A DNA stretch of 64,000 bases. It comes from Coleofasciculus sp. B1-GNL1-01 (GTDB taxonomy: Bacteria > Cyanobacteriota > Cyanobacteriia > Cyanobacteriales > Coleofasciculaceae). The notes under the pieces are model-generated. The model was not told where the DNA came from. It searched no databases and saw nothing but the letters and a program-made list of their open reading frames with translations. Each line of letters starts with the position of its first letter. Position 1 is the first letter of the stretch. This document shows, piece after piece, positions 31,060-41,509 of this stretch. Both the position numbers and the translations under genes were made by a program. The stretch lies in NCBI GenBank assembly GCA_040220235.1, contig JAVJTO010000031.1, one strand, 5' to 3'.

Positions 31060-31297
31060 GACCGATTCATCCACCCAAACAGCCTTGTACCCGGAAGAAA
31101 CCTTCTGCCTTTGGCTATATTCCCGTTGAACAAAAAAATTAACAAAATCCTCGCCCCAAGGAAAAATCTTAACTTTCATAAACTTTCAATTAATATTGGC
31201 GCTAGAGTATAACGCTGAGTTGAAGCAAGATGTTATCTTGGAAATCACCCAGTCTATAACCTATTGAAAACACTACCTTGAGAGGCTTCTCACCACG

Positions 31298-32035
31298 ATG
31301 ACTGCCATTTTAAAGGTTGGCGACCAAACCATCACGGCTGAAGAAGTAATTCCCCTGTTAGCCAAATATCAATTACTCCCTCAGTTATTGCGAGAAATCA
31401 TTATTGATCAAGCCATTGCCACCATAGATTGTACCGACGATGAAAAAAATGCTGCCTGCGAACAGTTCTATGCTAAGAATCAACTCACGACTGAGGAAGA
31501 ACGTCAAGCGTGGCGCGATCGCCAAGACTTAAGCTTAGAACAAGTTGAAGAGTTAGCGGTTCGGGGACTGAAGCTGGAAAAATTTAAACAGGCGACCTGG
31601 GGACATAAGATTGAATCCTATTTCCTCAAGCGCAAAGGGCGGTTAGATCGGGTCATTTATTCCCTGATTCGGACAAAGGAGGCGGCGATTGCCCAAGAAC
31701 TCTATTTTCGTATCCAAGAAGGAGAACAGTCATTTAATGAACTTGCCAGGGACTATTCCCAAGGACCAGAGGCGCAAACAGGCGGATTAGTCGGACCCGT
31801 GGAACTGAGTACACCCCACCCCACCTTGGCGCAAATGTTAACTGTCAGCCAACCCGGTCAACTTCTACCCCCTACCCGCTTGGGGGACTGGTTTATCGTC
31901 ATTCGTTTAGAAAAGTTTTTACCCGTGCAACTTGATGATGCCATGCGTCAGCGACTCCTAGATGAAATGTTTACCACCTGGTTAAAAGAACAACTGCGAC
32001 AGCAGATATCCTTAGGTACACCTGTTCAATCCTAA
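31298..32035 (+). CDS. parvulin/PpiC-type peptidylprolyl isomerase
   Basis: F.ELA.DYSQGPEAQTGG.VG rotamase motif; lies upstream of a T1SS ABC transporter. Confidence 0.88.
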   Translation: MTAILKVGDQTITAEEVIPLLAKYQLLPQLLREIIIDQAIATIDCTDDEKNAACEQFYAKNQLTTEEERQAWRDRQDLSLEQVEELAVRGLKLEKFKQATWGHKIESYFLKRKGRLDRVIYSLIRTKEAAIAQELYFRIQEGEQSFNELARDYSQGPEAQTGGLVGPVELSTPHPTLAQMLTVSQPGQLLPPTRLGDWFIVIRLEKFLPVQLDDAMRQRLLDEMFTTWLKEQLRQQISLGTPVQS

Positions 32036-32092
32036 ACCCTGTCAAGACGTGCCATGCTACGTCTCTACAATGCTATTCCCTGAGGCTGCCCC

Positions 32093-35000
32093 ATGACCTA
32101 CACAAAGACAACAATTCAGGATTTTCTGGCAGATATCGTTCCCTTCAATCAACTTGACGCCTCGACCCTAACCAAGTTGGCGGAAAAAAGTCAACTGCTG
32201 CGCTATCGTATGGGTCAACCGATCCTGATGCGAGAAAAAATGCCCTCTCAGATCTCGATTCTCTATGAGGGAAAGGCGCGGCTTTTGAGTTACGAACAAA
32301 CCACCCAAAAACCCGTCACCCTGGACTTGCTGAAACCGGGCTCAATTCTGGGTTGGGTGAGTCTGATGCGGGGTATCCCTTGTGAAACAGCGATCGCATC
32401 GACGGAATCAGTCTGCTTAACCATCCCCACGGGTCAGTTTCTGGCGCTGATGGCACAGGAACCTACCGCTACCGCCGCGTTCCAAAACCAGTGCAGTGTC
32501 ATCGAAGCCTTTGAGTTAATTGGCGCGGAATTGGTACGCCAAGCCAGTGGGATTATGAATCTCAAAGAACTGGCGACAAACGCTTACCCAGATGCCGAGG
32601 TGCGTTACCTCTATCCCATGACTGACGCCACTGAACTCTTGACCCCTGATCGGGTGTGGTTCGTCAGTGGTGGGAGTGTCGTTAAAGATTTTCCCCTAGG
32701 AAGTCGGCTGACGCCAGAGGTGATTTCTCAAGGGTTAGACATCCAAGGATCTACCCCCGCCCGGATTATCGGGTTTCGTGAATCGGATTTAGTCGGGGAA
32801 GCTGAAACCGAACTCCCGACTACTCCGGTGACGGTAGTTGGTGAACCAACCCCCCTAACCACCGACGATGACCCCTGGCTGGATGATGGCGATGGCGACA
32901 ATAGCATTCCCTATGCCTCCGATAAACTGCTAGAAGCCACAGAGGATGAAGATCAAACCGCTGACTCCCAGCGCAAATATCCCCATGTCCGAGGGAAGGG
33001 ACTCCTCGATGGTACCGTCGCCTGTTTCCAAATGCTGAGTAAGTATTTAGAAATGCCCTTCCGCCGCGATGTGATTCGTCGGGTACTCAATGAACAGATG
33101 CAGCGCACTGGAGGGTTGTCGTTACCCCTGTGTGGGGCGGTAGCTGATTTAATCGGCTTACACGCCCAATTGGTAAATGTACCGCCCCAATCAATCAACC
33201 GCCTGCAAACCCCCGCCCTGGTTCCTTGGCATGAAGGTTTTGCCGTTCTCTATGAAGCCAAGCCACGAGAATTAGTACTGGGTGTGCCAGAACTGGGGAT
33301 TGTCCGCCGTAAACCTGCTGATTTACTGGATAGTTTACCGAGAAGCGAAGACGGGCAGTCACCGGAAGCGATCCCGGTGTTGTTGGTACAACGGACGAAA
33401 CACACACCGAAGCAGCGGTTTGGCTTGCAATGGTTTCTCCCCTCGCTGGTGCGCTACCGTCGCGTTTTAATCTTGGTGTTTATCGCCTCGTTTTTTGTGC
33501 AGCTATTCGGACTGGCGAATCCGTTGATGATCCAGGTGATTATCGATAAGGTGATTGTACAGAACAGTATTGATACGCTGCATGTGCTGGGCTTGTTCCT
33601 GGTGATCATTGCCGTTTTTGAGGCATTATTAACCAGTTTCCGGACGTATCTATTTGTGGATACGACGAACCGGATTGACATGCATCTGGGGTCGGAGATT
33701 ATTGACCACTTAGTCCGCTTACCGTTGCGGTATTTTGAACGGCGTCCAGTAGGGGAACTGGCAAGTCGAATTAATGAGTTGGAAAATATTCGTCAGTTTC
33801 TCACGGGAACGGCGTTGACGGTGGTGTTAGATGCGGTGTTTTCCGTGTTGTACATCGTGGTCATGTTTATTTATAGCTGGGTGCTAACAATTGTCTCGTT
33901 GGGGATTATTCCCCTGTTTGTGTTGTTAACCGTAATTGTTTCACCGATTGTCCGTCGCCAACTGCGAACCAAAGCAGAACGGAACGCCCAGACTCAATCC
34001 TATTTAGTGGAAGTCATGTCCGGGATTCAAACCGTCAAAGCGCAAAACATCGAATTGCGATCGCGCTGGCAATGGCAGGAACGCTATGCCCGGTATGTAT
34101 CGGCAGGGTTTAAGACGGTGCTAACGTCTACAACGGCGGGTTCAATGAGTAATTTCTTGAATAAACTCTCCGCTTTGTTAGTGCTATGGGTGGGTGCTTA
34201 TCTGGTTTTAGATGGGCAGTTAACCTTGGGGCAATTAATCGCCTTCCGAATTATTTCCGGCTATGTTACCAGTCCCCTACTCCGATTAGCCCAACTGTGG
34301 CAGAATTTCCAAGAAACGGCGCTATCCTTAGAACGGTTAAGTGATATCGTGGATAGCCCCCAAGAAGCGGATGAGGCAGATCGCTTAAATATTCCCATGC
34401 CTGCGATTAAAGGGGAAGTGGAGTATGAAAATCTCTCCTTCCGCTTTGGCACCAGTGGTCCTTGGCAATTAACCAATATTAACCTGCATTTTCCGGCTGG
34501 CGTATTTGTCGGGATTGTCGGTCAAAGTGGTTCCGGTAAGAGTACATTAATGAAACTGTTACCCCGCCTCTATGATGTCGATTCAGGCAGAATTTTAATC
34601 GACAACTACGATATCTCCAAAGTTGAACTCTATTCCCTGCGTCGTCAGGTAGGGATTGTACCCCAAGATAGTCTGCTGTTTGATGGTACGGTACAAGATA
34701 ATATTGCTCTGACCAATCCCGATGCTAGCGCCGAGGAAATCATTGAAGCCGCTAAAGTCGCCGCCGCTCATGAGTTTATCATGGGGTTGTCCAGTGGTTA
34801 CAATACAAGAGTCGGGGAGCGAGGATCATCCCTATCCGGGGGACAACGCCAGCGGATTGCCATTGCCCGCACGGTACTACAAAATCCGCGACTCTTAATC
34901 TTGGATGAAGCCACCAGCGCCCTTGACTATGACACCGAACGGCAAGTTTGTTTAAATCTAATTGAAGCCTTCAAAGGACGCACTGTCTTTTTCATTACCC

Positions 35001-35143
35001 ACCGTTTAAGTACCATTCGTAACAGCGACGTCATTTTAATGATGGATAAAGGATCAGTCGTTGAACAAGGAACCCATGACGAACTGATGGCACTGCAAGG
35101 GCGCTACTACTGCCTCTATCAACAGCAAGACGCTCAACTTTAA
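32093..35143 (+). CDS. type I secretion ABC transporter (HlyB family) with cNMP-binding and C39-like domains
   Basis: GQSGSGKS, LSGGQRQR and LDEATSALD motifs; ABC membrane domain; N-terminal cNMP domain. Confidence 0.95.
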   Translation: MTYTKTTIQDFLADIVPFNQLDASTLTKLAEKSQLLRYRMGQPILMREKMPSQISILYEGKARLLSYEQTTQKPVTLDLLKPGSILGWVSLMRGIPCETAIASTESVCLTIPTGQFLALMAQEPTATAAFQNQCSVIEAFELIGAELVRQASGIMNLKELATNAYPDAEVRYLYPMTDATELLTPDRVWFVSGGSVVKDFPLGSRLTPEVISQGLDIQGSTPARIIGFRESDLVGEAETELPTTPVTVVGEPTPLTTDDDPWLDDGDGDNSIPYASDKLLEATEDEDQTADSQRKYPHVRGKGLLDGTVACFQMLSKYLEMPFRRDVIRRVLNEQMQRTGGLSLPLCGAVADLIGLHAQLVNVPPQSINRLQTPALVPWHEGFAVLYEAKPRELVLGVPELGIVRRKPADLLDSLPRSEDGQSPEAIPVLLVQRTKHTPKQRFGLQWFLPSLVRYRRVLILVFIASFFVQLFGLANPLMIQVIIDKVIVQNSIDTLHVLGLFLVIIAVFEALLTSFRTYLFVDTTNRIDMHLGSEIIDHLVRLPLRYFERRPVGELASRINELENIRQFLTGTALTVVLDAVFSVLYIVVMFIYSWVLTIVSLGIIPLFVLLTVIVSPIVRRQLRTKAERNAQTQSYLVEVMSGIQTVKAQNIELRSRWQWQERYARYVSAGFKTVLTSTTAGSMSNFLNKLSALLVLWVGAYLVLDGQLTLGQLIAFRIISGYVTSPLLRLAQLWQNFQETALSLERLSDIVDSPQEADEADRLNIPMPAIKGEVEYENLSFRFGTSGPWQLTNINLHFPAGVFVGIVGQSGSGKSTLMKLLPRLYDVDSGRILIDNYDISKVELYSLRRQVGIVPQDSLLFDGTVQDNIALTNPDASAEEIIEAAKVAAAHEFIMGLSSGYNTRVGERGSSLSGGQRQRIAIARTVLQNPRLLILDEATSALDYDTERQVCLNLIEAFKGRTVFFITHRLSTIRNSDVILMMDKGSVVEQGTHDELMALQGRYYCLYQQQDAQL

Positions 35144-35262
35144 GGTATTTGTCTTATGTCCTTTGTTTCTTTTCAAGACCTCAATATGACGAAATTGGTT
35201 TGAGAGGAAACAGGGACGAATGACCAATGACGAATGACCAATGACGAAGGACTAATACTACC

Positions 35263-36804
35263 ATGAATCAACGCAACGGATCATCCAGCCAACCCCTTGC
35301 CACGCGATCGCCCGCCCAGTCAGTGAAAACTGCAACCAAAGCCGGAGCTACTCGGCGGACAACGCACCCTCCGGAATTTGATCAACCCGTTATCCTGCAA
35401 CAATCTCCCCTGTGGCCCCGCATGATTGTTGTGGCGTTGATTGGGGTGACAACCCTCAGCGTCGGGTGGGCGTGTTTGGCGAAAATTGAAGAAGCCATTC
35501 CCGCCCAAGGCAAACTCGAACCCAAAGCCGCCGTCAAAGAAGTCCAAGCCCCTCAAGGGGGGGTGGTTAAATCAGTGGAGATTGAAGAAGGCGATCGGGT
35601 TGAAAAAGGGGATACCCTGCTCACCTTTGACCAAACAGCGGCTCAAGCTCAATTTAAATCCCTCCAGCAAATTCGCGCCGCTTTAATCCAAGAAAATCAA
35701 TTTTATCAGGCTCAGATGACGGGCAAAGCTGTTTCCATTGACCCCGAAAATCTACCGGAGAAACTCCCCCCTCAAATTGCCTCACTCACCAAAAATCGGG
35801 CGGCTTTAGTGGCAGAAAAGAACTTCTATCAAGCTCAACTCACCGGAGATCCCACGGGTCTAACCTTGGCACAACGGCAACGCTTACAGGCAAGCCAAAA
35901 CGAGTATAACTCTCGCGTTGCTGCTGCCGAGTTAGAAGTCGAACAACTCAATCGCCAACTGACTCAAACCCAAATCCAACTTGCCGATGCTGAACAAGTA
36001 TTGCAGTTTAACCGACAAATTACTGAGCGCCTAGAGAAGCTGTGGCGAGAGGGCGCATTTGGCGAACTCCAATATCTACGTCAGAAACAAGACACCGACA
36101 GTAGCGCCGCCGAGGTAGCCCGTCTCCAGAAAGAACAGGAACGGTTAGAGAAAGCGATTCAGCAAGCCCAGGAACGCAAACAAAACACCATGGCGCTCTC
36201 AGAAGAAGAACTGCGAACCCAAATTGCCCAAAACGAACAACGGATCGCCGAAATTGACAGCCAACTCACCAAAATTATTGTTGAAAACCAAAAACGTCTC
36301 CAAGAAATCGAGAGCCAACTCAGCCAAATCCAGGTAACGCTAACCAATCAGGAATTACAGGCACCTGAAGGCGGCATCGTGTTTGACCTGCAAGCCAGTC
36401 CTGAATTTGTGGCAAACACCAGTGAGCCTGTTGTGAAAATTGTCCCGAATGACACACTGATTGCCAAAGTTTATATCACCAACCAGGACATTGGTTTTGT
36501 CAACGAAGGAATGCCCGTAGATGTTCGAGTTGATTCCTTCCCCTACAGCGAATTTGGCGATGTCAAAGGCGAGTTAGTCCAAATTGGGTCGGATGCTTTA
36601 CCGCCTAATGAGGTTTACCCGTTCTATCGTTTCCCCGCCGAAATTCGCATGAATCGACAAACCATATCGGTCAACGGCAAAGAAGTTCCCTTACAATCGG
36701 GGATGTCGATCAGCGCCAATATTAAAGTCCGCAAGCGTCCGGTCATTAGTATTTTCAGTGACCTATTTATGCGGAAAATTGACAGTCTCAAAACGGTACG
36801 GTAG
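35263..36804 (+). CDS. HlyD family membrane fusion protein
   Basis: TM segment, lipoyl-like halves, long coiled coil, DIGFV and LQSGM motifs. Confidence 0.93.
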   Translation: MNQRNGSSSQPLATRSPAQSVKTATKAGATRRTTHPPEFDQPVILQQSPLWPRMIVVALIGVTTLSVGWACLAKIEEAIPAQGKLEPKAAVKEVQAPQGGVVKSVEIEEGDRVEKGDTLLTFDQTAAQAQFKSLQQIRAALIQENQFYQAQMTGKAVSIDPENLPEKLPPQIASLTKNRAALVAEKNFYQAQLTGDPTGLTLAQRQRLQASQNEYNSRVAAAELEVEQLNRQLTQTQIQLADAEQVLQFNRQITERLEKLWREGAFGELQYLRQKQDTDSSAAEVARLQKEQERLEKAIQQAQERKQNTMALSEEELRTQIAQNEQRIAEIDSQLTKIIVENQKRLQEIESQLSQIQVTLTNQELQAPEGGIVFDLQASPEFVANTSEPVVKIVPNDTLIAKVYITNQDIGFVNEGMPVDVRVDSFPYSEFGDVKGELVQIGSDALPPNEVYPFYRFPAEIRMNRQTISVNGKEVPLQSGMSISANIKVRKRPVISIFSDLFMRKIDSLKTVR

Positions 36805-36835
36805 TCGTTTGTCGGGGTGAGTCAAAACCAAACCC

Positions 36836-36865
36836 TGTAGAGACGTTGCATGCAACGTCTCTACA
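36836..36865. repeat. GTAG-type REP-like palindrome (TGTAGAGACGTTGCATGCAACGTCTCTACA)
   Basis: Perfect palindrome; related copies at about 4007-4030, 11063-11090, 12383-12406 and 32045-32068. Confidence 0.85.
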
Positions 36866-36903
36866 ATCTGTACATAACAGGGTTATGGATACAAAATTTG
36901 GTA

Positions 36904-37305
36904 TCATGGGTTTTGTTGATGTATTATTTTTTCAACTTCCTTAAGCACCTCCGCTAAAAGTGGAGCATCTGATGTAATAACATTATCCTCGCTGCCATCA
37001 TGTTTATGATGAGGAAAAGTAGAAAGATTTAATTTTCGGTGGTGTTCTGTATTGTCATAACGAAAAATTAAATTATTTTCTGAATCCATATATTGATAAC
37101 TATACATTTTTCTATTCAGATAAATTTCTACATAGACAAATTCTCGAAAATGCAGTGATAAATTATCGTTGAAGTCAATTTTTCCTCTAATAAAACCTTC
37201 ATACATTCCTCTTTTGTCTCGTTCAAGATTAAATAATTGTACGATTGAAGAGGATTCAATTAAAAGCTGAATTTGCTGAAAATACTCTTCAATCAACAAA
37301 ATCAA
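36904..37305 (-). CDS. DUF6516/TumE-like toxin
   Basis: YSYQY...LIFRYDN..HH...TFPHHKH motif; overlaps the upstream small gene. Confidence 0.75.
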   Translation of the reverse strand: MILLIEEYFQQIQLLIESSSIVQLFNLERDKRGMYEGFIRGKIDFNDNLSLHFREFVYVEIYLNRKMYSYQYMDSENNLIFRYDNTEHHRKLNLSTFPHHKHDGSEDNVITSDAPLLAEVLKEVEKIIHQQNP

Positions 37306-37579
37306 TTTCCTCTATAGACTCTTTGGTTTTTTGTAGGTGGGTCAACATTCGAGATTCTCCAATCCATTCATCAAAGTCAAAATCATGGGCGAATTCATCA
37401 TTATTAAATCGGGTGAGAAATTCCTCTGTCGATAATTGATACTTGGTTTCAAATGCTTGAAGACGTTCTTGTGTTTTTTTTATGCCTGCGTTAATGCTAT
37501 GTAATCTTTCCGACAAAGCACTTTGAATAATTTGTCTGAGAGAATCTGGATCGTTTGACCTAAGTTTGAGTTCAGCCAT
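37289..37579 (-). CDS. putative antitoxin (TumA-like)
   Basis: L..FE.KY.LS.EEF...F......D..EW pattern; upstream of and overlapping the DUF6516 gene. Confidence 0.7.
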   Translation of the reverse strand: MAELKLRSNDPDSLRQIIQSALSERLHSINAGIKKTQERLQAFETKYQLSTEEFLTRFNNDEFAHDFDFDEWIGESRMLTHLQKTKESIEEIDFVD

Positions 37580-37923
37580 CCTTTTTTGTTTAGATTTTGA
37601 AGGAGTTGTTTAATTGTATCGTAGTGCGATCGCGGATTTTGTCGCGGACTTTCCTTGATAAAGCTTTAACCTGAAGTTCTCCCAGCAAAAAGAACGAAAC
37701 AGCCTCACGGTGAGGCTTTCCGCGATTTTTGAGCCACCCTGCTTATGTACAATCGATGAAACTTATCTCATTGATGTGGCTCAACCCGCCCCGACTCAAT
37801 TCAATCGGTTATCCCTAGCGCTAGTATGAAAGGCAGAGCCTCCCTAAAAGCATTCCCTTCTCAAGCCTGGAAACGAGGCGACGAGGCTACGGAGAGCTTC
37901 CCTGTTCCCTGTTCCCTTGACGC

Positions 37924-39780
37924 ATGAGTTACTGTATCAACCTCACCTGTCAATCTCCCCAAAACCAGAATGGGAGTAGGGTTTGTCAAAGCTGTGGGGC
38001 AAAATTACGACTAGGCGATCGATATACACCCATTCGCCCAATTGGTCAAGGGGGGTTTGGGAGAACCTTCTTGGCGGTGGATGAATATAAACCCTCAAAA
38101 CCCCATTGTGTGATTAAACAGGTTTTTCCTCATATTCACGGACATCAAAACCGACAAAAAGTCGCCGAACTCTTTGAACAAGAAGCGGTGCGCCTAGATG
38201 AATTAGGTAAACATCCCCAAATTCCGGAACTCTTGGCGCATTTTGAAGCAGAGGGTTGTCAATATTTGGTGCAAGAGTTTATTCAGGGACAGACTTTAGC
38301 TGAAAAACTGGCTCAAGAGGGGAGTTTTAATGAAACTCAAATTATTAACCTGTTGCAGGATTTATTACCCGTCTTACAATTTATCCACAACCAACAGGTG
38401 ATTCATCGAGATATTAAACCCGAAAATATTATTCAACGTATTCCATCTTCTTCGTCTCAACTGACTCAAATTTCAGCAACCTCTCAGACAGAATCTGTCA
38501 CCTCTTTCCAGACGTCTGCCCCCAAACTGGTACTGGTAGATTTTGGTGCCTCTAAGTTTTCCCCTAGAACCGCCCTATCGGTTACCGGAACCGTGATTGG
38601 CAGTGCTGGCTATACCGCCCCGGAACAAGCCGCCGGGAAAGCCGTATTTGCTAGCGATATCTATAGTTTAGGTGTAACTTGTATTCATCTTTTAACCCAA
38701 ACTGATCCCTTTGATCTGTATTCATTCGATGACGGGGTTTGGGTATGGCGAGACATTCTTAACCATCCAATCAGCGAACGGTTAGGTTGTATTCTGGATA
38801 AAATGTTGCAAGGTGCGACAAAGCAACGTTATCAGTCAGCCACAGAAGTCCTCCATGACTTAGAGGCGGTGACAAATCCGCCTTCATTATCCCTGTCTAA
38901 AACCCCTTCCTTACTTCCGATAAAAAAAGAACTGATTGTCGCTAAACTGGGTGAGGCGAATTATCGACGTATCCGGGATGCGATTAAACAGGCGGAACCT
39001 CAGACGCGGATTGTCGTGCGTCCCGGTTTCTATCAGGAAAGTTTAGTGATTGATAAGGACGTGGAAATTGTTGGACAGGGACAACCCGAGGATATTATCA
39101 TCGAAAGTCGATACCAACCTTGTCTGCAAATTCAGACCGAACAAGCCGTTGTTCGCGGGTTAACCCTGCGTCATCAAGATTGGTTTAATGTACAACAGGC
39201 AAATGGGATTGGGCGTCTGGTGAGTGAACCCCTACTGAAGCCTTATGCCATTGATATTCCGCAAGGACAATGTATTCTAGAGAACTGTACGATTATATCC
39301 AATGGTATTGCCTGTATCTATATACATGGCGCGATCGCGAATCCCAAAATCCGCTATTGTCAGATTCAGGGAGGGGCAATGTATGGGATTTTGGTTAGTC
39401 AGAATGGTCTGGGATTAGTAGAATACTGTACCTTATCAGACCATAATACGGGCGTGTATATTCTCAAAGGCAGTTATCCCACGCTAAAGAACTGCAAAAT
39501 TTATAGAATGCAGCAGGATGGCGTATTTATTGGTTCGGATTGTAAAGTGACGTTAACCGCCTGCGATATTGGCGCAAATGGGGGAGTTGGTGTCACCATT
39601 AAAAAAGAGGGTAATGCTAAAATTTGGCAATGTCAGATTAATCGGAATCAGGCACAAGGAATTTATGTCGAATCCAATGGTGCCGGTCCAATTGAAGCCT
39701 GTGATTTGAGTGGGAATCGAGGTGGTGCTTGGTATATTGCCCCCCAATGTTCCGTCAATCGGCATGGGAATCGAGAATAG
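37924..39780 (+). CDS. Ser/Thr protein kinase with C-terminal right-handed beta-helix domain
   Basis: N-terminal CxNxxC...CxxCG, GQGGFG, HRDIKPEN, DFG and APE motifs; parallel beta-helix repeats. Confidence 0.93.
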   Translation: MSYCINLTCQSPQNQNGSRVCQSCGAKLRLGDRYTPIRPIGQGGFGRTFLAVDEYKPSKPHCVIKQVFPHIHGHQNRQKVAELFEQEAVRLDELGKHPQIPELLAHFEAEGCQYLVQEFIQGQTLAEKLAQEGSFNETQIINLLQDLLPVLQFIHNQQVIHRDIKPENIIQRIPSSSSQLTQISATSQTESVTSFQTSAPKLVLVDFGASKFSPRTALSVTGTVIGSAGYTAPEQAAGKAVFASDIYSLGVTCIHLLTQTDPFDLYSFDDGVWVWRDILNHPISERLGCILDKMLQGATKQRYQSATEVLHDLEAVTNPPSLSLSKTPSLLPIKKELIVAKLGEANYRRIRDAIKQAEPQTRIVVRPGFYQESLVIDKDVEIVGQGQPEDIIIESRYQPCLQIQTEQAVVRGLTLRHQDWFNVQQANGIGRLVSEPLLKPYAIDIPQGQCILENCTIISNGIACIYIHGAIANPKIRYCQIQGGAMYGILVSQNGLGLVEYCTLSDHNTGVYILKGSYPTLKNCKIYRMQQDGVFIGSDCKVTLTACDIGANGGVGVTIKKEGNAKIWQCQINRNQAQGIYVESNGAGPIEACDLSGNRGGAWYIAPQCSVNRHGNRE

Positions 39781-39868
39781 CTTTATCACCCATAATAAAA
39801 ATGTACGGACTTGGTAACCAAGCCCCTACTCAACCTTGCCGTAATTATGGGTATTCAACCGAACATGA

Positions 39869-39996
39869 TAAGCTGTTCGGCATTTAAACCTTAATATCAA
39901 TAATGGCGCAATCCTTGTAGTGCGTTTAGCGAAGCCATGCCGCAGGCTTTGCATCTTGCTCGCTACTAATACCCAATTTAAATGCATGACAGCTTA
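39869..39996. mobile_element. 128-bp MITE-like element, copy 2
   Basis: Near-identical to 10837-10964, with the same terminal inverted repeats. Confidence 0.8.
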
Positions 39997-40066
39997 TGAC
40001 TCACTGAATGTTGAGGTTTTCCACTATAATCGCATCAGCTTTTTTGACCAGTTTGTTGGCAACTTG

Positions 40067-41371
40067 CTACTGGTAAGCTCTTCTGGATTTGACACTTTGT
40101 TCTGTCTCTTCTTCTGATTCATCTCTGACTTGGAAATACCAGTAGAGGTTGGCAACGGCTAAGTTTGAGGCTTTTTCCAGGTTTGCCGGAACTAAGGTTT
40201 TGTAACCCGCGATCGCAGCTTGTTGAGTGATGTATGTTTTCCACTCTTGACGTAACTTAGGTTTGATCATAAATTGCAGTTGGTCAAGCAGGGATGCGGG
40301 ATGAGATTTTTGCTTTAAGTTCTCATAGAGTAATTGTTCGGGGGGTTCTGCTAAGACATTTGGATCTGCACTGGCGTCTGGGGTAGCTGTAGCGTCTGAG
40401 TTGCTGAAGTCGGCACTTTGAAGTAGTTTAACTTCGGATGCAGGAAGCGAGCGCATCCAATCCACCTGATTTTGCCAAGACTCCAGTACGAGTAAATCAT
40501 GGTCATGAATTCGGGTGAGTTCAGGGAAGAGAAAATCTAACTCGTCTTCGGTGTCACAGCGTTCAATGACAGTGAGGGCATCTTGACGAATTTTATCCTG
40601 GAGATGAGAAAGGCGATCGCTGACGGCGGCTAACTCATTTTGCTGTTGATAGGAGAGTGCGATCGTCTGATCAATTGCCCAAGCACATTCGTGTCTTCGC
40701 AGTTGTCCGGCGGCACAGGTTTCTGATAATAGGCGAGGATTGTTATAGTCTGCTAATGCTTCTGATAACATCTGCCGTGCATTGGCTAAGTCTGCATTTT
40801 TGATACTTACGTCTTCACATGATATAGCGGTTTTCATCAGCTTGGTTGCTTCGAGGAACCGTCCATAAGCCTGAATCAAGACTAAACGATGCTGTTCAAA
40901 TTTGATATCTTGGGCAACTTCGTCAATGTGTTGGATTATTTCTTTCCCTTGGTCTTTTAGGGCTTTTTTGAGGTCAATAAAGCCATCTCGAACATCAAGC
41001 TTTAGTTGTTTTACGTCTTGCCTCAGTTTCAAAGTCTGCCACAGGTTCACGGCTGACAGTGCCACTCCTGCTACAGTTCCCACACCAATCACGGCTGTTG
41101 TGGCTTGCAGAACTCCCAAACTAGCTTGGACAGCTTGAAATCCCCCGTGCATTTGATACATCTGTCCTGCACTCATTGCCATCTGGGGAACAGCAACTAG
41201 CGGATTCAGCGCAGCGCCACTATTATTGAGGAAACCAACCGCATGACCAACAAACTGACCTGTTGCTGCATCTCTCGCCAAACCTATGGGGACTCCTGCG
41301 GATGTAAAGACTTGGGCGTACTTGCCAGCAGCAAGACCAGCCTGAATTACCGGGGGAAATTGAAACAGCAT
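40067..41371 (-). CDS. hypothetical protein (Gly/Ala-rich hydrophobic N-terminus, helical C-terminus)
   Basis: 434-aa ORF divergent from the TerB-domain gene. Confidence 0.75.
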   Translation of the reverse strand: MLFQFPPVIQAGLAAGKYAQVFTSAGVPIGLARDAATGQFVGHAVGFLNNSGAALNPLVAVPQMAMSAGQMYQMHGGFQAVQASLGVLQATTAVIGVGTVAGVALSAVNLWQTLKLRQDVKQLKLDVRDGFIDLKKALKDQGKEIIQHIDEVAQDIKFEQHRLVLIQAYGRFLEATKLMKTAISCEDVSIKNADLANARQMLSEALADYNNPRLLSETCAAGQLRRHECAWAIDQTIALSYQQQNELAAVSDRLSHLQDKIRQDALTVIERCDTEDELDFLFPELTRIHDHDLLVLESWQNQVDWMRSLPASEVKLLQSADFSNSDATATPDASADPNVLAEPPEQLLYENLKQKSHPASLLDQLQFMIKPKLRQEWKTYITQQAAIAGYKTLVPANLEKASNLAVANLYWYFQVRDESEEETEQSVKSRRAYQ

Positions 41372-41509
41372 CGTTCTGCCTGAGTGAAAGTTCTTTTCTT
41401 AGAGCTTAACCTGTCGTATTAAGAAAAATCACTATGTTTATCGAAAGTTTAAACACTTTTCGGAAAAACTAGGCAATACTAGAGTTAAACCGATTCGCTC
41501 ACAAAGATT

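Noticed and set aside
39920..40117. 65-aa ORF, and 10647-10868
   Set aside because: Both run through the 128-bp MITE-like element; spurious
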